NCBI GenBank assembly: GCA_964571235.1
Contig: CAZNAI010000003.1
Location: forward strand, 77,924 to 141,923
Origin: an uncultured Ignavibacteriales bacterium
GTDB taxonomy: Bacteria > Zixibacteria > MSB-5A5 > GN15 > FEB-12
Reading direction: 5' to 3'
Length of the DNA: 64,000 bases
In this document: positions 18,630 to 26,060 of the stretch, one piece after another
Layout: each line of letters starts with the position of its first letter
Numbering within the stretch: the first letter of the stretch is position 1
Made by a program: the position numbers and the translations under genes
Notes under the pieces: model-generated
What the model was told of the DNA's origin: nothing
What the model saw: the letters and a program-made list of their open reading frames with translations, nothing else
The model's database searches: none

Positions 18630-20885
18630 ATGCAGAGCTACTTGATCACTACTGGCAAATCGCTACTACATCACGCCGCTTTGGCTGTGATGTTGTGGGC
18701 GTGCTGTGCGGGCCGGGCCAACGCACAGGCATTTGAACGAATACTCGCCCCGTCGGGCAATCCGGTCGTTGTCGACACAACCCGAAGCACCTGGGTTGGG
18801 TGCGCCTTTGTCGATTTCAACAACGACGACAAACTCGATCTCTTCATCGCCGATTTCAACGGATGCCACTTGTATCGCAACGATGGCTCCGGATTCACAC
18901 GTCTCTCGACCGTCGCGATGGCGCTTGACCTCGCCACATATTATGGCACCAGTTGGGCGGATTACGACAACGACGGTGATCAGGACTGTTTTTTGGCTGG
19001 CGATGTGTCGTCTCTTTACCGTAATGACGGTAGCGAACAATTCACCCGCGTATCTCAGATCGATCAGTTTGAGGCGCGTGGCTGGAGTCCTGCCTGGGCC
19101 GACTATGATGAGGACGGTGATCTGGACATCTTGGTTGCCCATCCCAATGGATTTGTCGGCGGAGGCCCAGTACCAAATCGGCTCCTAAGAAACGAAGGCC
19201 CCCCGAACTACCAGTTCTCGCGCATCGATACCGGCGTGGTAGTCACTGGTCTTGCGCCGTACACGTCGGCCAACTTCTCCGATTTCGACCTCGACGGCGA
19301 TTTGGATCTGTTTATCGGAACCGGACCGGCTGTCGCCGTCGGCGCCCCCGATAATCTCTATCGCAATATGTTCACTGAAACCGGCGCCGCGGGATTCACG
19401 CGTATTACCACGCCGCCAATCGCCACCGACACCAACGATGGTCAGGCATGGACCTGGATTGATTATGACAACGATCGTGATCTGGACGCCTTCGTTACCA
19501 ACTGGGGTGGCGGCAACCCCGCTCTGAGACCCAATCGGCTCTATCGGAATGACAATGGAACTTTCACACGTATAACCGGCCAGCCGCTGGTGACCGACGC
19601 CGATCAGTCATTGTCAGGAGTTTGGGGCGATTACGACAACGATGGCGACCTCGATGTGGTAGTAGCCAATTCGGGCTCCCCCAACAGTTACTACCAAAAC
19701 CTGGGTGGTGGCGCTTTCTGGCGGATCGATGACGGGAGCGCCGGCGACTTGGGAGTGCGCGGTGGCAATACCGGCGCTTCGGCCGGCGACTACGATAACG
19801 ACGGCGACCTGGATTTGTTCTTCACCGGTCCGCTGGGTGGTCCAACGGGAAACCGACGCGGACTCTATCTTAATCTGAACGGCAATCTGAAAAAGTGGCT
19901 GAAACTCGAACTGACCGGCGTTCGCTCAAATCGCAGTGCGATCGGCGCGAGAGTGTGGGTATTTGCCAACACCGGGTCCGGCAGTATCTGGCAACAGCGA
20001 GAGATTTCCACACAAGATTGTTGGCTTGGGCACAACTCGCTAGTTGTTCACTTTGGACTTAAGAACGCCACTACCATTGACACTTTGCGAGTCGTCTGGC
20101 CATCAGGAATCACCTGGGATACCACCGGTGTGGCGGTCAACCAGTTCTTGCACTTGACCGAGCAGTGCCCCGACACCGACGGTGACGGCGTGACTTGTCT
20201 GGACAACTGTGAGTTTGTGAGCAATTCCGATCAATCCGACACCGACGGCGACTTTATCGGCGACGCTTGCGACGCCTGTCCGAACGATCCCCTGGACGAC
20301 ATTGATGGCGACGGAATGTGCGCCGATGTCGATCCCTGCCCGCTCGATCCGGCCAACGACGCCGACGGCGACGGTTTCTGCGCCAACGCAGACAACTGCC
20401 CGAATCTGTCAAACCCCACTCAGGCGGACGGCGACCTCGATGGTCTCGGTGATGCCTGCGATCTCTGTCCGGGAGATTCGCTTAACGACATTGATGGCGA
20501 CGGCGTGTGCGGCAATCTCGACAATTGCCCAACTCTCGTCAACGCCTTGCAGGAAGACACCGATAACGATCTGATCGGCGATTCCTGCGATAACTGTATT
20601 TCTGTCGCCAATTCAAATCAGGCCGACGCCGATCAGGATGGAATCGGCGATGCCTGTGAGACCTGCTGTCTGGGTGTCTCCGGAAATGTCGATTGTGATC
20701 TGACTCAGGGGGTAGATATCTCAGACTTGTCGGCGCTCATTGACTACTTGTATATAACATTTACTCCGCTCTGTTGCCCCCAGGAGGCCAACTGCGACGG
20801 TCAGCCGGGAGTCGATATCGCCGATCTGTCGGCTCTGATCGACTATCTGTATATCAGCTTCACTCCGACGGCGGTTTGCCAGTGA
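18630..20885 (+). CDS. secreted CRTAC1/ASPIC-UnbV-type FG-GAP repeat protein with 8 thrombospondin type-3-like repeats and a twin dockerin-like C-terminal module
   Basis: GAGGAG RBS and signal peptide. FG-GAP loops (FVDFNNDDKLDLF, WADYDNDGDQD, WADYDEDGDLD, FSDFDLDGDLD, WIDYDNDRDLD, WGDYDNDGDLD, AGDYDNDGDLD). UnbV/ASPIC string SNRSAIGARVWV..HFGL..VVWPSG. TSP3 array at 20172-20663. Tail at 20664-20885. Confidence 0.85.
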   Translation: MQSYLITTGKSLLHHAALAVMLWACCAGRANAQAFERILAPSGNPVVVDTTRSTWVGCAFVDFNNDDKLDLFIADFNGCHLYRNDGSGFTRLSTVAMALDLATYYGTSWADYDNDGDQDCFLAGDVSSLYRNDGSEQFTRVSQIDQFEARGWSPAWADYDEDGDLDILVAHPNGFVGGGPVPNRLLRNEGPPNYQFSRIDTGVVVTGLAPYTSANFSDFDLDGDLDLFIGTGPAVAVGAPDNLYRNMFTETGAAGFTRITTPPIATDTNDGQAWTWIDYDNDRDLDAFVTNWGGGNPALRPNRLYRNDNGTFTRITGQPLVTDADQSLSGVWGDYDNDGDLDVVVANSGSPNSYYQNLGGGAFWRIDDGSAGDLGVRGGNTGASAGDYDNDGDLDLFFTGPLGGPTGNRRGLYLNLNGNLKKWLKLELTGVRSNRSAIGARVWVFANTGSGSIWQQREISTQDCWLGHNSLVVHFGLKNATTIDTLRVVWPSGITWDTTGVAVNQFLHLTEQCPDTDGDGVTCLDNCEFVSNSDQSDTDGDFIGDACDACPNDPLDDIDGDGMCADVDPCPLDPANDADGDGFCANADNCPNLSNPTQADGDLDGLGDACDLCPGDSLNDIDGDGVCGNLDNCPTLVNALQEDTDNDLIGDSCDNCISVANSNQADADQDGIGDACETCCLGVSGNVDCDLTQGVDISDLSALIDYLYITFTPLCCPQEANCDGQPGVDIADLSALIDYLYISFTPTAVCQ
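20172..20663 (+). repeat. array of 8 TSP3-like calcium-binding repeats (protein-level tandem repeat inside the CDS)
   Basis: Eight units of D-x-D-x-D-(G/x)-x2-D-x-C-D-x-C-P type: DTDGDGVTCLDNC, DTDGDFIGDACDACP, DIDGDGMCADVDPCP, DADGDGFCANADNCP, DGDLDGLGDACDLCP, DIDGDGVCGNLDNCP, DTDNDLIGDSCDNC, DADQDGIGDACE. Confidence 0.8.
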
Positions 20886-20921
20886 GAAAGTTGCGGAACA
20901 TCACAAACCGTGGAGTCATGT

Positions 20922-21428
20922 ATGAAATTATTAGTGATCGCCGGCATGCTACTGATGGGAGTATTGCCTGATATGGGTTCTGCCCAATCCAATACTCCGC
21001 CCTGCTCGTCCCCTGAGGCAAGCCAGTTTGATTTTTGGGTTGGCGGTTGGGAACTAACCTGGAATGATACATCCAAGGGGTTCAATTCCATCTCCAAGGC
21101 GTTCGACGGGTGTGTGATCCGCGAGCAATTCAGCGATTCTGCCAACGGGTATTTCGGCGGAAGTCTCTCCGTTTACAATCAGAAAAAGAAGGTCTGGGAA
21201 CAGACCTGGGTAGACAACGCCGGAAATTTCATGATTTTCGAGGGGCGACTTGAAAACGGACAAATGATCCTCGGCCGATCGGTGCTCGATACCGCCGGCA
21301 ATTCGATACAACAACGAATGGTCTTTCTGAATATTTCCAGCGATAGTCTGGATTGGCGGTGGGAATCATCGGCCGACGGCGGCACGACCTGGAAAGAGAA
21401 CTGGTTCATTCACTATCGGCGAAAGTAA
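20922..21428 (+). CDS. small secreted protein of unknown function (DUF1579-like, tentative)
   Basis: Start placed at ATG 20922 (MKLLVIAGMLLMGVLPDMGSAQS signal peptide, GGAG upstream). The FDFWVGGWE string resembles small secreted beta-barrel families; no firm assignment. Confidence 0.5.
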   Translation: MKLLVIAGMLLMGVLPDMGSAQSNTPPCSSPEASQFDFWVGGWELTWNDTSKGFNSISKAFDGCVIREQFSDSANGYFGGSLSVYNQKKKVWEQTWVDNAGNFMIFEGRLENGQMILGRSVLDTAGNSIQQRMVFLNISSDSLDWRWESSADGGTTWKENWFIHYRRK

Positions 21429-21540
21429 GCACTAACAACAAACCCGCGAGGGGCCTCGACTGTCCCTCCGTTCTTCCCCTCAGGTCGCTCGGAAAGACAA
21501 TTACCGGGCGACCTGTCACTTCTGTTGATTGATGAAGCTG

Positions 21541-22218
21541 TTAGCGGTTGGTTTGTCGGCGAAGAAATTCCAGCGTCCGTCGCCACGCCGCCTCAGCCGC
21601 AACAGAATTATACGCGTCGATGCGATCCGATTCGAAAAACCAGTGCCCGGTCGAAGGATAGACATAGAAATTCACCGGTCGATTTGCCTCAGTAAGTTTC
21701 GCTTTCAGCGTGTCGACTTCGGCCTGGGGTTCGTACGGATCAGATTCGGCAAAGTGACCCAGATACGAAGAGCGCGACTTGCTGTAGTCGGCCGGCCCGG
21801 TGCCATAGAAGATTGTCACAAGGTCAACGGTCTCCGGCTCTGAGCACGATAGATCGAGCGCGAAATACGCCCCCAGCGAAAATCCGATTACTGCCAATCG
21901 TTTGCGTTTTTTGCCGTACTGTCCAAAGATCCATTTTGCGGCCTTGGCAACCTCGGCCCTGGCTTTCTCGTGGTCGAACGAATCGCGGAGCGCCTCCGCC
22001 TCGGGAATTGTCTCGGCCGTCTTGCCGCCGTACAAATCAGGCGCGAAGACAATAAATCCGGCCTCGGCCAATCGCCTGCAAAAATCCCGCATCGTTTGAT
22101 TGAGCCCCCACCAGGCATGGAGCACCAATACCGGGTCTCCCTTTCCCGATTGAGGCAAGGCCAGATACCCCGATGGCCGCGGGAGCTTCGCTACGTTTTC
22201 TGATTCTTGATTTGTCAT
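21541..22218 (-). CDS. dienelactone hydrolase-family alpha/beta hydrolase
   Basis: VLVLHAWWGLN..FCRRLAEAGFIVFAPDLYGG and the nucleophile elbow GFSLGA. Confidence 0.85.
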   Translation of the reverse strand: MTNQESENVAKLPRPSGYLALPQSGKGDPVLVLHAWWGLNQTMRDFCRRLAEAGFIVFAPDLYGGKTAETIPEAEALRDSFDHEKARAEVAKAAKWIFGQYGKKRKRLAVIGFSLGAYFALDLSCSEPETVDLVTIFYGTGPADYSKSRSSYLGHFAESDPYEPQAEVDTLKAKLTEANRPVNFYVYPSTGHWFFESDRIDAYNSVAAEAAWRRTLEFLRRQTNR

Positions 22219-22248
22219 CGCTCCCGCTCCTTCTAATCTACCGTTGAG

Positions 22249-23313
22249 TTATGCTATTCTCTTTCCTGTTCCGACTTCAAACACCAGCACATTCTTTCCG
22301 CTCACCCCGAATTTCACCGTCCTTCCTACGGCTGTTTCCGGAGAGGCAACACTGGTCACGGTCAGCAGAATATCCCGGTACTTCAATTCCAGCACATAAT
22401 GGTCACCCATATACTCGCACGCTGTGACTTCGCCGGACAAAATTCCTTGCGGCGAAATCTCTATTCCCTCCGGCCGGATGCCAATACGCACTGTCCCCAG
22501 TCTGCGAACCTGCTCGCTTGTTGCAGATTCCAGATCCTCAAGTGCGATCCCCAAAGGCAAGAGCCGTCCGTTTTCTACGATCGACTCAATCAAATTGATC
22601 TTCGGCTGGCCGACAAACTGCGCGACATGAGTAGTCGTCGGCGCCTCGTACAACTCTTTCGGCGTGCCAATTTGCTCTACTCTTCCCTGATACAGCATCG
22701 CTACCCGGTCGGCCATAGTCAGCGCCTCGGTCTGGTCGTGCGTCACATGCACCATCGCCACCCCCACCTGCCGCTGAAGCCGGACAATTTCGCCGCGCAT
22801 CCGCATGCGCAAATCGGCGTCGAGATTGGATAGCGGCTCGTCGAGCAGAAATATCGACGGATTCCGTATGATCGCTCTACCGAGCGCCACCCGCTGACGT
22901 TGTCCTCCGGATAGTTGCGCCGGACGATCGTCAAGGCGGCCCTCAAGCCCGATCATCGCCGCGATTTCCCGAACACGCGCCGCGATTTCCTGCTTGGGTG
23001 TGCCGGCGACCTTGAGCGGGAATCCCAGATTTTTCTCCACACTCATATGTGGGTAGAGTGAATAATTCTGAAAAACCAGCGCGACATTCCGGTCTTTGGG
23101 CCGCAACTGATCGACCTGTTTTCCGCCGATCCAGATCTCGCCGCTGTCGGCCGATTCCAGCCCGGCAATAATTCGCAGGAGTGTCGACTTGCCGCACCCG
23201 GAAGACCCCAGCAAGACCAGCAGTTCACCTTCGGCCAGTTCCAGCGAGACATTGTCAAGCACCTGCGTACTTTCAAAGCGCTTGCTGATGTTCTTTACAA
23301 TGAGTCCGGCCAT
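22249..23313 (-). CDS. MalK/UgpC-type ABC transporter ATP-binding protein (no permease or binding protein nearby)
   Basis: Walker A GSSGCGKST, Q-loop, signature LSGGQRQRVALGRA, Walker B IFLLDEPLSNLDA and a C-terminal TOBE-like region. ATG 23313 is preferred over TTG 23340 because it avoids overlap with recF. Confidence 0.9.
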   Translation of the reverse strand: MAGLIVKNISKRFESTQVLDNVSLELAEGELLVLLGSSGCGKSTLLRIIAGLESADSGEIWIGGKQVDQLRPKDRNVALVFQNYSLYPHMSVEKNLGFPLKVAGTPKQEIAARVREIAAMIGLEGRLDDRPAQLSGGQRQRVALGRAIIRNPSIFLLDEPLSNLDADLRMRMRGEIVRLQRQVGVAMVHVTHDQTEALTMADRVAMLYQGRVEQIGTPKELYEAPTTTHVAQFVGQPKINLIESIVENGRLLPLGIALEDLESATSEQVRRLGTVRIGIRPEGIEISPQGILSGEVTACEYMGDHYVLELKYRDILLTVTSVASPETAVGRTVKFGVSGKNVLVFEVGTGKRIA

Positions 23314-23323
23314 ATTTCCAAAT

Positions 23324-24412
23324 CTAGTTCGTGGCGGCAATCGCGCCGTTTTCGATCCGATACCTCGTCGCTCTGGCCCGCAGTGGTTCCGGCGGTTCCA
23401 GCGCGGTGGTCAAAAATAACTGTTCAACCGCGCCAAAGCCATCAATCAACGCCGCGGCCCGCCGTTCATCCAATTCGGCGAATATCTCGTCAAGTAGTAG
23501 TAGCGGCGCCATTCGCCGTTTTTCTTTCAGCATCTGGTAGATCGCCAGCTTCAGCGCCACTGCGGCGGTCCGCCACTGCCCCTGCGAGCCATGGGTGCGC
23601 GCCGGATATCCGCTGATGAAAATCGCCAGATCATCGCGGTGCGGCCCGACTACCGCTGTCCTCTGCGCCAATTCCCGGTCACGATTTTGGGCCAGTTGTT
23701 TGGCAAACGCTGACCGCGCGATTGCAATGTCATCGCATTCCGGATCGATTTCAATCTCCGGCGCATACTGTAGATCAAACGGCTCGCCATCGGAGATATC
23801 CCTATAAAACGGCGCCGCCGACACTCGCAACTGCTTTACAAACGCCGCCCGCCGCACCGTGATCGACGAACCATACTCCAGCAATTGTTCGTCAAAAAGT
23901 GTCGCGTCCATTCGCGCCTTGAGCGCGGCATTTTTCTGCGAAAGCGCCCGTTGGTAGGCCACCAGTTCTTTCAGATACGATTGCGAGTGTTGCGACAGGT
24001 GCAGATCGAGAAACAACCGCCTTTGCGACGGCGCCCCCGACAAGATCACGCTGTCCTCCGGGCCGGCCGCCACCGCGCAAAATCGCTCGAACAGTTCTAC
24101 CGCCCGCACCGGAACTTCATCGATTGTCACTTTCCGCTTTCCCCCGCGCTGATACGCCACCGCGACCTGTGCGTTGTGCCCACCCGCCGATACCTGTCCT
24201 GCAACCCGGTAGACCTCACATCCGTCGCGCAGGAGCACGCTGTCGGCCAGCCCGCGTTGCGACCGTCCCAAACACAGACAATAGATCGCCTCAAGTAAAT
24301 TGGTCTTCCCCGACCCGTTTCCGCCGAAGAAGACATTCACTCCCGGCGCAAACGAAACAGCCAATTGGGGGAAATTCCGAAACGAGGTGACATCAATAGC
24401 GTGAACGAGCAT
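23324..24412 (-). CDS. recF: DNA replication and repair protein RecF
   Basis: N-terminal FRNF..FFGGNGSGKTNLLEAI, signature-like SQGQWRTAAVALKLA and Walker B LLLLDEIFAELD. Confidence 0.9.
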   Translation of the reverse strand: MLVHAIDVTSFRNFPQLAVSFAPGVNVFFGGNGSGKTNLLEAIYCLCLGRSQRGLADSVLLRDGCEVYRVAGQVSAGGHNAQVAVAYQRGGKRKVTIDEVPVRAVELFERFCAVAAGPEDSVILSGAPSQRRLFLDLHLSQHSQSYLKELVAYQRALSQKNAALKARMDATLFDEQLLEYGSSITVRRAAFVKQLRVSAAPFYRDISDGEPFDLQYAPEIEIDPECDDIAIARSAFAKQLAQNRDRELAQRTAVVGPHRDDLAIFISGYPARTHGSQGQWRTAAVALKLAIYQMLKEKRRMAPLLLLDEIFAELDERRAAALIDGFGAVEQLFLTTALEPPEPLRARATRYRIENGAIAATN

Positions 24413-24472
24413 GCCGGAAAGTACGAAAAAACCCGGCCCAAATCAGCGTTCAAATGTTGGTGGTATTGCCGT

Positions 24473-25990
24473 CTATCTGGGAACGAACCAATAGTGGGGA
24501 CGGGTCGCCAAACCGGTAACCGGATAGAACATGGATCGGTCGGGGAAGGGATCGCCCAAATTGCGATAGCTTGCGGCAACATCGTCGGAAAACCAGTCGG
24601 CGTTCAAAATAATAGCCGCGTGTTTCTTTTCTGCGATGGTCGCCTTTATATCCCGCTCCAATTCTGCATACGCCATAGAATCACCTGACCGGATTTCGAC
24701 CAATGCCATTTTATGAGCGCAAGATGTCTTGCCAGCGAGGACCGGAATGTAGCCGTGATAGGGTAACAGTATTTCCCCTTGCACCGCTTTAAGTCGGTCG
24801 ATAAACTTGTTGCCCCACTCTTCATCCGCTTTGGTAGGTATTTGCTTTGCGGGATTGTACCACAGGAGCCCAAACTGTACCACGAATAGTGCGGCAAAGA
24901 CAGTTACGTATTTACTCGACGGAGCACCTGCAATTTTGAACGTCGGATCGCTGAGTTTTCCCAGAAATATTCCTGCGGTGATAGCAAGTACTGCGGCAGT
25001 AGGAATGAGGGCGTTTTCAAATCCCCCCGCGAACATACGCATCGACCACGAGCTTGCCAGCGCCCCAATCACGAAGCAGATCCAGAACAGACGGTCTTGG
25101 CGACCCTCCTTGCCACGTAAGCCTGTCACCAGCGCCAGAAATGTGATCAGCATAATTGGCACCTGTCTAAAGATGTCCTTTGTCCAAAATCCGAGAACGA
25201 GATTGGTATCCAGTGTGTGCCGATTCGGAAGAACAAATACATAGTAGCTGTACCAGCCGGAAAGCGCCGCATCAAACCACAACGTTGTTCCAAGAACGAC
25301 CGCCAATGCCGGAAGCACAAGCCAAAGGGATTTCAGTCGACCATAATAGACAGCGTACAATGTCAGAGTTATAGTCGGCAAGAGCGTTGACTGTTTCGCC
25401 AGGAAAGCCAATCCAAGTAAACACCCCGCAATGAAAAACCGTCGCACTTCACTTCCGCCCCTAATTAGATATCCGGCCCCGAAGAGCAATGCAATCGCCA
25501 ACATGTCAACACGGCAAATATCGTACCAGTAGCCACAGGCTCCATAACTGGCCGCAAAAAGCCCAACGGAAGTCGCGGAAAGCAATTTGCTATTTGTCTC
25601 TCGCTTTACCCATTGAAAGATTAGAGCAAAGACGCTGATCGTCGAGAGAATTGACACTAGTCGTACCGCCAAAAACCCCGGCCCAATGATCCACGACACC
25701 ACTGCTGACACATAGTAAAAGAGCGGTGTGTATATAAAGGGAATAAACTCCAGCGACGGCTTGGCATACAGTGGCTGACCGTGCATGATTCGGAGCACAT
25801 GGTCAACAATCGCCCCCTCCATCCACTCCAGTTCGAACGGGTATCGCAATCGGATAAGAGCGAGAACAAGAAAGAGGGCAGTAAACCCCGCCCCAAGTAT
25901 CGATAGAACTCCAAAGAGAAGTTTTTGTAGTTTGACAGTCGATTGCTTTTGATTTGTTCGACCCACAACCCAAATATACCACTCACCCAC
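24473..25990 (-). CDS. polytopic GT-C-fold glycosyltransferase-like membrane protein (GT39/ArnT/PMT_2-like, tentative)
   Basis: At least 10 predicted TM segments, an early extracytoplasmic loop with an acidic/aromatic motif (YPFELEWMEGAIVDH) and a soluble C-terminal domain. GTG start. Confidence 0.55.
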   Translation of the reverse strand: MGEWYIWVVGRTNQKQSTVKLQKLLFGVLSILGAGFTALFLVLALIRLRYPFELEWMEGAIVDHVLRIMHGQPLYAKPSLEFIPFIYTPLFYYVSAVVSWIIGPGFLAVRLVSILSTISVFALIFQWVKRETNSKLLSATSVGLFAASYGACGYWYDICRVDMLAIALLFGAGYLIRGGSEVRRFFIAGCLLGLAFLAKQSTLLPTITLTLYAVYYGRLKSLWLVLPALAVVLGTTLWFDAALSGWYSYYVFVLPNRHTLDTNLVLGFWTKDIFRQVPIMLITFLALVTGLRGKEGRQDRLFWICFVIGALASSWSMRMFAGGFENALIPTAAVLAITAGIFLGKLSDPTFKIAGAPSSKYVTVFAALFVVQFGLLWYNPAKQIPTKADEEWGNKFIDRLKAVQGEILLPYHGYIPVLAGKTSCAHKMALVEIRSGDSMAYAELERDIKATIAEKKHAAIILNADWFSDDVAASYRNLGDPFPDRSMFYPVTGLATRPHYWFVPR

Positions 25991-26060
25991 ACCCGCGCAT
26001 AATGAAAAGTCGCTCTCTGTGCTTCTCTCACAGCGTACAAAAACATGTTATCTTTCCCTT

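Noticed and set aside
20172-20663. TSP3 repeat region as a DNA-level tandem repeat or contingency locus
   Set aside because: The repeat units are conserved only at the protein level (D-x-D-x-D-G..C-P) and differ extensively in nucleotide sequence and length. Slippage-prone identical repeats are absent.
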